Assembly: GCF_031769215.1 (NCBI RefSeq)
Contig: NW_026782071.1
Span: 310,001 to 374,000 of the forward strand
From: Ylistrum balloti
Lineage: Eukaryota
Direction: 5' to 3'
DNA length: 64,000 nucleotides
Shown here: one piece after another, positions 48,809 through 61,904 of the stretch
How the letters are laid out: each line of letters begins with the position of its first letter
How positions within the stretch are numbered: the first letter of the stretch is position 1
Position numbers and translations under genes: made by a program
The notes under the pieces: generated by a model
The model's input: the letters and a program-made list of their open reading frames with translations, nothing else
Told to the model about the DNA's origin: nothing
Databases searched by the model: none

Positions 48809-51222
48809 AAGACCGATTTCTAACCTTCTATTTGAGCAAATAATGATTTATTGACTTTTAAAGTTTTAGAGATCTTGTGACTGAGTAGACATCTTGTGTA
48901 TGGATTGACAAGCGCGTTGTTTAGACAAATTCAACATGACCATTCTTTTTCATTCAGACCTTCTCATCTGTTCCCTCCGATAGAGTTGACAAAACCAAGG
49001 ACCCTCCAACCATAGAATATATAGCACGTTGAATATTTAGTGCGATTTTCAAGCAGGAAGTAATATCAACTTTCCACCCATTTAATACCGCTTTGCGCCA
49101 AGATATACACGCAATCCATCGAGCATAATCGGTATCGTTCAAACCGGAGAGTTACGGAGATATCCGATTGTTCATAAAATAGTAAGTAGAACTCGCCAGA
49201 GGCTCGGTAAACCAGAAAGCGTTGCAGTAAATTTCTGTACCTTGTAACGACAAACGTGGCGTGACCTGGCGTACGCAGTGCGCATATTACGTAACCGTTT
49301 ATCATACTAATCTGACATATGTAAATTGTTACCTGAACCAGGTGGGTCATTGGCCCAGTAGCCTAAATTCAGCGTGGAAATGTTGTAGTTGGAGTATTAC
49401 AGTTAATCATGAAATGAATATATCATCTGTTTTTATAATAAAATTTATCTAGAAATTCGAAAATGTCAGATGAAATGAACGACGAAAGATTGAGGTCCAA
49501 GTTTTTTACCTAATAAAGCAACACGTAATTAGACAGGTTCGTGGAAATATTTTCTAATTCAAATGATGTGTTTGTCGGCAAATAATACATACATGAAGGT
49601 TAATTAATTCTACTCTAAGATTTTAAAAATGATTTATGATTTGTACGTATTTTTAAAAATAATTTATAGCTTCTTGAATGACAAATTTATATGACTTAAA
49701 TTTTTTTTTGAAAGAGATAAATATCTTAGTACGGTGTCGCAAATCCTTCGTTGTAATCGTCAACAGAATATTTAGGAAATAACCTTCTCTCTCCATTAGT
49801 GAGTGTGTAATGAATTAGATGACATGACCACTCCCGCGTCACTTTGATCGAATGGTTTGACCAATACAGTACCGCTATTAAGTCACGTAGGCGTTTGGTA
49901 TCGTCACATATACCAAGACTTTATCATACGAGACCAAAGAAATTAAAAAAAAAACACCCAAATGACTTCGGTTATGATTGCTATTACGTCATAGGTCATT
50001 TCATGTCTAATTGTACATCCGGTTTATAATTTGCAGGCACAGGAAATGTCTCAACTGATGACTATTTCTTCCGTTGATAATCCTCATCAGGAAAAAAACT
50101 AAACGAAAATCTATAATTGATGACGTCATGTCGTTCTTTTTATATCTAAATTGACTTTTGGTTACTCGCTTTATTTACGACGGAAATTCACAGTCTTGTA
50201 AAATCACACGTATGCTAATTTTGTTCCTGAATTCGAAAACGTCATTAAAACAATACCACGAATCTCCGTTTGTTTCAAATATTAATAGCGAATATCATAT
50301 AAGAGGCATTGTCCGTTTTGGTTCCCCTGTGTCATTTTCCCTGGAGATATAAGAAACGGACCCCGCGGTCAGGTCTCGCCGAGCTATCACGCATTACCGT
50401 GTACCACCAGAGCACGCGGATAACGAATGCATGAAGTCATGTTATTTGTAATTACTTTTATTAAACAGATCGAATATCAGCAATTTCGACATCATTACTA
50501 GATTTAACTGTTAACGTACAATATACATACAATATCCGTTTAATTGCAATCTCATAGCTATCCGGATGTACAACATGGCCATACCCGTTCTATCACGTGA
50601 TTACTCTGGGATTCGAAACAAATATTCGGTTTATCACTTGGCAAACTGACGGAAATTATCGTTATACAAGATGTAGTCTCTTCTAGTCCAGTATACCCCC
50701 TCTCCCTATCTTCTCTACTTGCCAAACCTTGGCACACAGTTCTGTCATGATATCGAGATTTTCTGGTATCGCGGTCTTGTATTTCGAATACTTTCAAAAT
50801 CAAACGTTTTCCTTGCCGTCTCATCCACGGAAAGACCAAGTGTTTCGTTTGTGGGTGGAAGTAGCGATATTAAGACCTAGCCTTTCCTTAGGGAGGTTCA
50901 CGGAACATTCCAACGGCATATCACTTTGAGCGGAAGATCAGACAGTTCTGCATTTCATTATTTGATGTTAAAAACAATTTGGCCTGCTTTGATGTCGTTC
51001 TGTAGTGATTAGGGGAGCACCCATGACTCTCCATCATATAACCGTCTGCAGTATCTGTTTCAGTGAAAACAACCCAATACTAACCCAAGCGAACACAACC
51101 TTACCACTGTGATCCCACTTACAGGATTGTTACCTCGGCAGTAAGTACAGAGATGCAGCATACAAATTATGACTACATTATATCAAACACAAAACAGAAC
51201 TGAATACCTCTGCTGTATGTGC

Positions 51223-51590
51223 AACGGTTCGAATCCGTTAGGGGGCTACGTGCTCAGAATTTCATAAACGTATTGAAAAATCAGTCATGTTATCATAACA
51301 TTAAATCAGTATAAAGCACACAAAAAGGAGGACTCGTTTAGCATTTTCCTATAAATAAGGTGGCCATGTTAGACTTTCAAAAGGCTCTGAAAACGTTCCG
51401 TTATATGCTGACGTGGTTGTGGCCCTGGGAAAGATACTGCACCCTGATTGCTCTGAATGACATGCCACTGGCCTCCCGTATGTTGTTCAGTATCGGAACC
51501 ACCAGTTACTACATGGATACCCCGCCTTGATATTACCCTGGTTGTTGAGTCTATTCAAGGGGCAATCAACCAAGTAACCAAACATAAATA
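51223..51590 (+). mobile_element. Decayed tRNA-derived CORE-type SINE remnant
   Basis: Perfect T-arm/B-box AACGG-TTCGAAT-CCGTT at 51223-51239. TTGTGGCCCTGGGAAAGATACTGCACCCTGATTGCTC near 51418-51454 resembles the CORE domain (TGTGACCTTGGGCAAGTCACTTAACC). It ends with a GATATTACCCTGGTTGTT...AACCAAGTAACCAAAC tail. The similarity is from recall, not from a search. Confidence 0.45.
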
Positions 51591-52312
51591 TCTTGGAATA
51601 TCGTCATATCAGCACAACGTTGGTATGGATAGGGTCACTGACAAACGCTTTTATAGTATTAGCACACTGAAATGTCATCACTTGGACACGTGTAATTGCT
51701 ATTGGGGTATATTAATACCAGTTTATATCATTTGTTTACAACTTCCCTTATGTGTTATGTAAATCTGTGCCTCTTATCAGTTAATTGCGACACAGGGAAG
51801 TTCGACGGAATTCTTAAAACAATAGACTTTCCCTAAGTAATCATTGCTGTAATAGCCAAATAGGTTTAGTTTATGAAGTAAATCGGGAAATACCTTTTTC
51901 GTTCTATTTCACTTTTTTTAGCTATTTTCAACTCGTCTACTTCCATCACTGAAATGATGGTGCTCGTGCGATGAATCAATTCTTCTCTGTTATCCATTGT
52001 AATGACTGCCAAGGAAACAGATTTTATTTTGTATTAAATAAGTGCTATAAACATGTCTTTTGTACAATCTTAGAGATTGCAGGTGTCAGACCCCACAGGT
52101 GGATCTTTAGTCCCAGAGGTTTGCCGTAACCTGCGTGAAATGTTTTAATTCATACACATCTACTAGACATTGTTCTAAGATTATCTCATACATGATAATT
52201 ACGAATTTCTTTGAATTATGAGCTTGTGCACTCCATATAGATATTCACTTTTCAGTTCGATCATATTGAATTTTTCTCGTTCGTTTCCCAAGCTTCAAAA
52301 CTTCGGTCCTCT

Positions 52313-53168
52313 ACATCACTGACAAGTCCTAGAAGGATGAAACAGTTATATGATGTAACATCACTGGCGAGTCCTAGAAGGATGAAACAGTTGTATGATG
52401 TAACATCACTGAATAGTCCTAGAAGGATGAAACAGTTGTATGATGTAACATCACTGAATAGTCCTAGAAGGATGAAACAGTTGTATGATGTAACATCACT
52501 GACGAGTCCTAGAAGGATGAAACAGCTGTATGATGTAACATCACTGACGAGTCCTAGAAGGATGAAACAGTTGTATGATGTAACATCACTGACAAGTCCT
52601 AGAAGGATGAAACAGCTGTATGACGTAACATCACTGACGAGTCGTGGATGGATGAAACGCTATATGATGTAACACCACTGACAAGTCCTAGAAGGAAGAA
52701 ACAGTTATATGATGTAACATCACTCACAAGTCCTAGAAGGATGAAACAGTTGTATGATGTAACATCACTGACAAGTCCTAGAAGGATGAAACAGCTGTAT
52801 GACGTAACATCACTGACGAGTCGTGGATGGATGAAACGCTATATGATGTAACATCACTGAATAGTCCGAAAAGGACGAGACAATTGTATGATGTAATATC
52901 ACTGACAAGTCCTAGAAGGATGAAACAGTTGTATGATGTAACATCACTGGCATGTCCTAGAAGGATGAAACAGTTGTATGATGTAATATCACTGAATAGT
53001 CCGAAAAGGACGAAACAATTGTATGATGTAATATCACTGACGAGTCCTAGAAGGACGGAACACCTGTATGATGTATCATCACTGACGAGTCCTAGAAGGA
53101 TGGAACAGCTGTATGATGTAACATCACTGACGAGTCCTAGAAGGATGAAAAAGTTGTATGATGCAATA
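52313..53168. repeat. 45-bp minisatellite (~19 copies)
   Basis: Unit GTCCTAGAAGGATGAAACAGTTGTATGATGTAACATCACTGACAA. A 44-bp variant recurs near 52640 and 52820. Confidence 0.97.
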
Positions 53169-54159
53169 TAATTAATTGTTTGGCTCTACTATATCTAACT
53201 CTTAGTTTGAATTGAAAGGTTCTGTTCACTTGTATGTTTGAAAAACAATTAAAGATGGTTAAAAACAGCATGGACCTAGGTATCTCTGTAGTATGTATTC
53301 TCAAATAAACCTCCTGTTAGCGATCTCTCTAACATGAAAACACGAGTCGGTATCCCATACTGTGATATCTATCCCTCATTGGCTACCGGAAGTGAGTTAA
53401 AGGTCTGCTGACATACGTCTGGGGCAGATTAGCAGAGATTAGTAAATCCGTTCAAACCAGCACGTGATAAAAACCTCCCTCCCGATCACTCCACACAGAG
53501 GCCAACTACATAAATCTCACTGTGCCGAGTAAGAAACGCATCAAGGGAGGTAACTTTTTAGAAATGACTTGGACAGTTGTACCGCTTATATCCGCGTATC
53601 ACGTGATATAAAAAAACATATTTCAATCATATGATCAAGCTTTCTCATCGCGTGCGTTTATTTTCCCCATCACGTGCAATATATGTTAAGACACAGACTT
53701 TGATAACATGGTGTGATTTTTAATATCTGAAGAGTAAGCAAAAAAAATGTTACATACAACTTCAAAAAGTAAAAACCCCAGATATTTAAATGCCATTATG
53801 TTGATTATTTCTTGTTCCTATTTGCTCCAAGTGACATAAGTATACCTCGCTCAGACATCAAAATATCTATCTTATAGATAGGAATCAAACGACTCTGTTT
53901 TACAATACGAACTGTATCCTGTTGGTGGTAATAATCCGATATAAGCTGTTAAGAGGCTTCACTTTTTTATACCGATCACATAAACCTAAGTCTTCTGTAC
54001 AAAGAAGATATGAATACAGAAAGCGGGAACCGAAGATGCCTAGATAGTGACGCGTTTTCAAACAAAACTAATGAATAAGTAAACTGTTTCAGTCCATTTC
54101 GATATACAGTAACATATTTCTATTCCTGTCTTGATTTTGACACTGGTACCTAACAGAAC

Positions 54160-54585
54160 GATGACATTTTTGTAAAGTCTTCAAGACTGCATGTAATAAA
54201 CACAACTGATGGACTTAAAGTCTCCGAGGTGTGCCCTAACCTGCATGACACGTCTTAACAATTCCAATATGGCACGGTTTAGAATATACACATTTAATCA
54301 AATCTGTTCTATAATTATCAGATATATATAAAATGAATAAATTTATTAAACCATGAGACTAGTGAACTCCCCATCTAGATTTTAAAATTTTTTTCCCGAT
54401 AAGGTTGGATTTTCTTCAGTTGCTCCCGGGCTTCAAACTTTATGCCCCTGGCATCACTGAAAAGTCCTAAAAGGACGAAACAGCTGTAAGATGCAGATTA
54501 GTTCATTACTGGGCTCTACAGTATCTACATATAACTCTAAATTTGTATTAAAAGGTGTTTTTCACTTGTGTCGTTTGTACAATAT
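54160..54585 (+). repeat. Diverged paralog of 52050-53245 with a single 45-bp monomer
   Basis: Colinear similarity both upstream (GGTGGATCTTTAGTCCCAGAGGTTTGCCGTAACCTGCGTGA vs GATGGACTTAAAGTCTCCGAGGTGTGCCCTAACCTGCATGA) and downstream (GGCTCTACTATATC..TAACTCTTAGTTTGAATTGAAAGGT vs GGCTCTACAGTATC..TAACTCTAAATTTGTATTAAAAGGT) of the repeat. Confidence 0.85.
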
Positions 54586-54684
54586 CCATTTGCTCATCCG
54601 TATCCCAGTCAGAGTTAGTTTACCACAAGCAGCGACAAGTTTTTCTTGTTTTCGTTTTCTAATCTGCTACGTTGTCGTTTAGAA

Positions 54685-54817
54685 CTGACGCGAAAAGCTC
54701 TTTAGGAAAATATAACACTTGCGTTCCCGTCGGTGAGGGCCTTATAATTCGGATTTCCCCGAATATGGAGGATATAACCGAGAAGTCCCACGTGGGACTT
54801 GACCGTTTTCGCGTCAG
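54685..54817. mobile_element. Small MITE-like element with nested palindromes
   Basis: Perfect 12-bp inverted repeat CTGACGCGAAAA (54685-54696) / TTTTCGCGTCAG (54806-54817) enclosing a perfect 18-bp palindrome AAGTCCCACGTGGGACTT (54783-54800). Confidence 0.45.
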
Positions 54818-56019
54818 CATGATAAAATAACACTCGAACGAATAAAATGGGATTACTATGATAGGTTTTATAATTTCTATTTTCATACCAAGTCATTCCC
54901 GAGACGATTTAATGAAAATATGTATAGTTTTCGCTTTTAGTCAATACTTCTTTTCACCTTTTATCTTCTTACGGAAACCAGCCAGTAGTCCGCCTATCAA
55001 ATGCTCTTTCACGCCGGACAGATGTCATTTTTTGACACTGACAAATGTCTTCACTATTAAAAATATCTCCCAATAGGTGGAAAGACCGGCGTTAAGTCGA
55101 CTGCTGTTCACTGTTAACGGGAGGTTCCGGGCCTCTGTCAGCTTTCCACGATGACACTTCAATAAGATGTCATTTTAAAGTGGTCCTTGAAAGTGCTCAT
55201 CGTCTCTGGACACCGCCTTCATATCACCTTAACTACTACAGGGACACAAACACCTAGATAAGTAAACAAATAAATATACAAGTCTCTCGTGCACTCACCG
55301 ATTCGTGCCGTGTAGCAGTCTTGTGCTGGAAACAGTTCACTTTTGTAAATATGCAAGTATTAATTTGTTATTTAAATTTTTAGTTTTTTCATAAATTTGA
55401 TTTCGACACAAATTTCAAAATTCAAGTATTTGACGGTGTCATTTATGAGGGGATGAACGCAATTAATTGCAGTTATCTTACATATGAACGATGTTGAGAT
55501 ATTGGTTCATTTATTATACAAACGCCATGAAAAATGTTATCTTACAATATTTACGATTGTGTGACATGGCTAATATGTAATCTTACAAAAATCACTTGTG
55601 TATTATCAGTATATGAACTGTCAAAGGTGTAGGAATATTGCAAGTAAGGTATTCATATTGAGGTTACCTCCCCTTATAACCAAACGATCAATATACACGT
55701 TGATTTTATAAAGGGGAATTAAATATATTGCGATCCAATAATTTTGTCTATATCCTATTGTCATTCACGTATCCCATAAATACCAAACGAAAGCAATAAG
55801 ATGTTAATTAACGGCGATAGTTGTAATCAACTGCTGTACTTCGATCGACTGTTGCGTTTTATCCGAAAAAAATATTTTGGAGAGCACTTGGTGGCGTGGA
55901 CGATTTTGAATTTGGTCTTGTTTAAGACAGAGAAAAAAATGACATCAAGTATTAATATAAAATAACTAAGCTTTATTTACTGGAAAACAATTAGAAATAG
56001 TCTTGCAGTTAATATTAAT

Positions 56020-56196
56020 CACTTTAGTTGGCCCGGATTGAAGCCCACAATTGGTCTTACCGTGGGAGAAAACCGAAGTGCCCGGGAAAAGCAACAGGGT
56101 CAGCCATATAAAACGTTTCCATTTCCGATCGGAGAATTGAAACTAGGTTGCCAAGGTGAAAGGTGGCTGGGTCTATCACTGAGCCACCCGACCACC
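56020..56196 (-). mobile_element. tRNA-derived SINE with V-domain-like core (5' part)
   Basis: On the minus strand: GGTGGTCGGGTGGCTCAGTGATAG (A-box-like), a degenerate B-box, then TTTTCCCGGGCACTTCGGTTTTCTCCCAC, resembling the V-SINE core TTTCTCCGGGTACTCCGGTTTCCTCCCAC. Confidence 0.7.
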
Positions 56197-58484
56197 TTAG
56201 ATTAATTAAAATATTATAATCACTGGTTATATCATCATTTGTTAGATCAACGGACAATGTCTTCATTAAGTTATCATAACTTGTGCCACTTCACTTTGTC
56301 ATGATATATACAATATCAGCTTTACAACCGAGAACCGAAAAAGCGATCCGTTTCAGTCGATCATCAACGCGTTCAACTCAGCTGGAATTGAATTCCTTCT
56401 TTAGATTTTAAAAAGGAACTATTTCCCGTCCTGTTTTTTCGACAGAAAGTAATCGCATTCACAAAGACTGATAAAAGTCATTAAGGGATATAACTGTTTT
56501 TTGGTGTCGCTCTCTGTACCACTATTAAGACGTACTACTTCCCATGCAGTGGCCCTCTATTGTAAAGAGTTCTTGACCTCGACCTCCGTCCCAGCAGAAC
56601 CGATATGATGGGCAGATTTCTTGATATAACGAACACATGTATGCATTTTGGGAAGAAATGAAACTGTTATAAATATTATAAAAAAAAGAAGGCGCGGAGA
56701 AGTTTGCAGCTAAAACAAATACGTAGAATGATTTAAAATCATTCTGCATTGTTGTTCTTACTTGTTGACAGAACACGGATTCTCATCGTGAAATCATTTC
56801 AGCCACTTGCCGATTTTCAGTTTTTCCGATCGTAAATGGTATCTTGTGCTCTAGATTAGTTATGGGAAAATGCCTTAGATAACTTGATGATAAGAATGGG
56901 AAGCAATCGTCAACCTATGCACTTATAGATTGATTATTTTATTACACTGATTAATTTTGTCCTCTTTATTTAAAAAAACTACCGATTGAAGGTCATTTTG
57001 GTTCTCAAAGGTCAAAGTTACTGGTCCTGAAGCGTTTTGTTATTGATTTCTTACTAGATCTAGGCAATGCATTGTATCGATTAGTTTAAAATTATTGACT
57101 TAAGGCAAGAAATTTAACGACAACTTAAAATTTCTAATATTAATCACTTGTATTAGCAAAGCAATTGCACGCGATGTCCTTAAACTCAGTCAACTGTTGT
57201 CAAAAATGTCCCGTGTAGTGCAGAGTACCACTCTCTATTTAGTCGAAAGCTTTCTGACCTAATATTCAATTATGATGTCGTCTATTCGAAGTTTTCTTGC
57301 TCGACCTATCAAGACTTCATTACTGCACGTTAACAATGCTGCAAAAATAGAAAAAGTTGAGTGAAAAATGATAAATGTAAAAACATAAAGATGTACAAAC
57401 ACCACACAGACATCTGGTTTCACCAGCAGACGGCGCTTTGAACGCCTGCAACAAGGAGGAAAACAAATGCCCCCTCCCATCTCAAGATCGCCCCGACCTT
57501 CTTTCAGAGGGGGATTTTGAAGTGCGATCAAATTGAGGTTAATCTTCCCCCATCGAGTCTTTACTGGTTTCATCTTTCTTATCGGTTCCAGAAATAACGA
57601 CTAGATTAGCGTGCACACGTCAAGGGCGGGAAATGGCAAACACCATGAACTTCCGGTAGATAGTCGGTATATTAGAGATCCGTAATGCTGTAAAGTCAAT
57701 CGCAGGGCGGATGGGAAAAAAACTAATATACTTAATCTTCGAAAAGAATTTTACAGACCTTTGACGTGGCGTTGCATCCTAAATTCTACCGCACAACACG
57801 GGTTATAGCTGTATCCAAAATGCATTCATAGCAACGTAAACGCAGCAAAACGCAGTTAAAACCCTATATCCCAGTGTTAAATTCGTTTGGTTTATTCACG
57901 TTATATAGCCATGTGTATATATTTGCTTAAACAGTTTTCCTATCATTTCCCCTTCAATATAACGACATACCTCTGGTATAAAGGTTATGGCGTTATATCG
58001 AGTCTGTATTTCGAACAGATGCATGCATTGTATTGTCATTCGGCATATAGCACTCCATTTAAGATTGTTCCTACTAACTTGCCTTAATTGTATTATACGA
58101 TTAATACTCCCGAAGAAAATTTTTAAAAAAATAAAAAATTACAAAAAGAGGCAATCAGTAGAGATGGTAAACACATATTATTGGCAAATAACCTAGACAT
58201 CTAACCACCGGAACAAAGATGCTTCATGATAAAAAAAAACTATTATTTTATCGAATTTGAAAGCGATCCCGTGAGTTGATTACCGAACGGATATACAGAT
58301 ATATTTCCTTGTGACGTCAGAATAGATTACAGCGGATGCCTGTTCTACATACCAGCACACACATGTACAAAGCGTTTGTTTCCAAATTTCTCCTCCGTTG
58401 TTTTGTGAATGAGCGGACGTTTGTTGGTGTATCGGGACTGTCGAGATATCGACATTTCTGTGATAAACAAGGGTATAGTGTAAG

Positions 58485-61400
58485 AGTGTAGGGGTGAGAT
58501 GGGTAGAGGGGTAGGGGTGAGGTGGGTAGAGGGGTAGGGGTGTAGGGGTGAGATGGGTAGAGGGGTAGGGGTGTAGGGGTGAGGTGGGTAGAGTGGTAGA
58601 GGTGAGGTAGGTAGAGGAGTAGGTGTGTAGGGGTGAGGTAGGTAGAGGTGTAGGGGTGTAGGAGTGTAGGGATGAGATGGGTAGAGGGGTAGGGGTGTAG
58701 GGGTGAGGTGGGTAGAGGGGTAGGGGTGTAGGGGTGAGATGGGTAGAGGGGTAGGGGTGTAGGGGTGAGGTGGGTAGAGTGGTAGAGGTGAGGTAGGTAG
58801 AGGAGTAGGGGTGTAGGGGTGGGGTGGGTAGAGGTGTAGGGGTGAGGTGTGTAGGGGTCTAGGGATAAGGTGGGTAGAGGGGTAGGGGTGAGGTGGGTAG
58901 AGGAGTAGGGGTGAGGTGTGTAGAGGGGTAGGGGTGAGGTGGGTAGAGGGGTAGGGGTGAGGTGGGTAGAGGGGTAGGGGTGAAGTGGGTAGAGGGGTAG
59001 GAGTGAGATGTGTAGAGGGGTAGGGGTGAGGTGTGTAGAGGGGTAGGGGTGTAGGGTTGGGGTGGGTAGTGGGGCAGGGGTGAAGTGGGTTGAGGGATAG
59101 GGGTGAAGTGGGTAGAGGTGTAGGGGTGAGGTGTGTAGAGGGGTAGGGGTGTAGGGGTGGTGTGGGTAGAGGTGTAGGGGTGAGGTGTGTAGGGGTCTAG
59201 GGATAAGGTGGGTAGAGGGGTAGGGGTGAGGTGGGTAGAGGAGTAGGGGTGAGGTGTGTAGAGGGGTAGGGGTGAGGTGGGTAGAGGGGTAGGGGTGTAG
59301 GGGTGAGGTGGGTAGAGGGTAGGGGTGTAGGGGTGAAGTGGGTAGAGGTGTAGGGGCGAGGTAGATAGAGGGGTAGGGGTGAAGTGGGTAGAGGGATAGG
59401 GGTGAAGTGGGTAGAGGTGTAGGGGTGAGGTGTGTAGAGGGGTAGGAGTGTAGGGGTGGGATGGGTAGAGGTGTAGGGGGTAGGTGTGTAGGGGTCTAGG
59501 GATAAGGTGGGTAGAGGGGTAGGGGTGAGGTGGGTAGAGGAGTAGGGGTGAGGTGTGTAGAGGGGTAGGGGTGAGGCGGGTAGAGGGGTAGGGGTGAAGT
59601 GAGTAGATGTGTAGGGGTGAGATGTGTAGAGGAGTAGGGGTGAGGTGTGTAGAGGGGTAGGGGTGTAGGGGTGGGGTGGGTAGAGGGGTAGGGGTGAAGT
59701 GGGTAGAGGGATAGTGGTGAAGTGGGTAGAGGTGTAGGGGGAGGTGTGTAGAGGGGTAGGGGTGTAGGGGTGGGGTGGGTAGAGGTGTAGGGGTGAGGTG
59801 TGTAGGGGTCTAGGGATAAGGTGGGTAGAGGGGTAGGGGTGAGGTGGGTAGAGGAGTAGGGGTGAGGTGTGTAGAGGGGTAGGGATGTGGAGGGAAGTCG
59901 GAGTGTGGTAGGGGTGAGGTGGGTAGAGGGGTAGGGATGTGGTGGGTAGGGGTAGGGGTGTAGGGGTGAGGTGGCTAGAGGGGTAGGGGTGAAGTGGGTA
60001 GAGGTGTAGGGGTGAGATGTGTAGAGGGGTAGGAGTGTAGGGGTGGGGTGGGTAGAGGTGTAGGGGTTAGGTGTGTAGGGGTCTAGGGATAAGGTGGGTA
60101 GAGGGGTAGGGTTGAGGTGGGTAGAGGAGTATGGGTGAGGTGTGTAGAGGGGTAGGGATGAGGTGGGTAGAGGGGTAGAGGTGAGGTGGGTAGAGGTGTA
60201 GGGGTGAAGTGGGTAGAGGGGTAGGAGTGTAGGGGTGAGGTGGGTAGAGGGGTAGGGGTGAGGTGGGTAGAGGTGTAGGGGTGAGGTGGGTAGAGGGGTA
60301 GGGGTGAGGTGGGTAGAGGTGTAGGGGTGAAGTGGGTAGAGGAGGAGGAGTGTAAGGGTGAGGTGGGTAGAGGGGTAGGGGTGAGGTGGGTAGAGGGGTA
60401 GGGGTGAGGTGGGTAGAGGCATAGGGGTGAGGTTGGTAGAAGGGTAGGGGTGAAGTGGGTAGAGGGGTAGGAGTGAGGTGGGTAGAGGGGTAGGGGTGTT
60501 GGGGTGAGGTGGGTAGAGGGGTAGGGTTGAGGTGGGTAGAGGGGTAGGGGTGTATAGGTGAGGTGGGTAGAGGTGTAGGGGTGAAGTGGGTAGAATGGTA
60601 GGGGTGAGGTTTGTAGAGTGGAACGGGTGAGGTAGGTAGTGTAGGGTTGAGGAGGGTAGGGGTGAGATGGGTAGAGGGGTAGGAGTGTAGGGGTGAGGTA
60701 GGTAGAAGGGTATCGGTGTAGGCGTGAGATGAGTAGAGGAGTAAGGGTGGGGTGGGTAAGTATGAGATGGCGTTGCGGTACGGAGGCGTGGTAGTGGTTG
60801 AAGTGGGTAGAGGTGTAGGGGTGAGGTGTGTAGAGGGGTAGGGGTGAGGTGGGTAGAGGGGTAGGGGTGAGGTGTGTAGAGGGGTAGGGGTGTAGGGGTG
60901 GGGTGGGTAGAGGTGTAGGGGTGAGGTGTGTAGGGGTCTAGAGATAAGGTGGGTAGAGGGGTAGGGTTGAGGTGGGTAGAGGAGTAGGGGTGAGGTGTGT
61001 AGAGGGTAGGGGTGAGGTGGGTAGAGGGGTAGGGGTGAGGTGGGTAGAGGGGTAGGGGTGAAGTGGGTAGAGGTGTAGGAGGAGTGGGTAAGGGTGAGGT
61101 GGGTGAGGGGTAGGGTGTAGGGGTGAGGTGGGTAGAGGGGTAGGGGTGAGGGGTGAGGCGGGTAGAGGTGTAGGGGTGGGTGGGTAGAGGGGGAGGAGTG
61201 TAGTGGTGAAGTGGGTGAGGTGGGTAGAGGGGTAGGGGTGAGGTGGGTAGAGGCATAGGGGTGTAGGGGTGAGGTTGGTAGAAGGGTAGGGGTGAAGTGG
61301 GTAGAGGGGTAGGGGTGAGGTGGGTAGAGGGAGGGGTAGTGGGGAGGTGTTGGGGTGAGGGGGGGGTAGGGGTAGGGTTGAGGTGGGTAGAGGGGTAGGG

Positions 61401-61800
61401 GTGTATAGGTGAGGTGGGTAGAGGTGTAGGGGTGAGGTGGGTAGAGGCATAGGGGTGTTGGGGTGAGGTTGGTAGAAGGGTAGGGGTGAAGTGGGTAGAG
61501 GGGTAGGGTTGAGGTGGGTAGAGGGAGGGGTAGGGGTGTATAGGTGAGGTGGGTAGAGGTGTAGGGGTGAAGTGGGTAGAATGGTAGGGGTGAGGTTTGT
61601 AGAGTGGAACGGGTGAGGTAGGTAGAGGTGTAGGGGTGAGGAGGGTAGGGGTGAGATGGGTAGAGGGGTAGGAGTGTAGGGGTGAGGTAGGTAGAGGCGT
61701 ATCGGTGTAGGCGTGAGATGAGTAGAGGAGTAAGGGTGGGGTGGGTAAGTATGAGATGGCGTTGCGGTACGGAGGCGTGGTAGTGGTTGAAGGCGGGGAA
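58485..61800. repeat. 3.3-kb G-rich modular satellite (23-bp core plus 8-bp modules)
   Basis: GGGGTGAGGTGGGTAGAGGGGTA and GGGGTGTA modules, with an internal duplication at ~0.99 kb offset. Confidence 0.97.
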
Positions 61801-61904
61801 GAGGTGTGGAGGTAGGGGTGAGGTGGAGAGAGGCGTAGGAGTGAGGGTGGATGGAGCCAGGTTTGCGGGTAGGATTGGCAGTTGAATTGTTTAAAGGCGG
61901 GGTA

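Noticed and set aside
51223-51250. tRNA gene
   Set aside because: Only the T-arm is present. No D-arm, anticodon arm or 5' acceptor strand is found upstream.
55254-55298. 45-nt mini-intron on the minus strand with a GTGAGT donor
   Set aside because: Very short, and the flanking frames close quickly.
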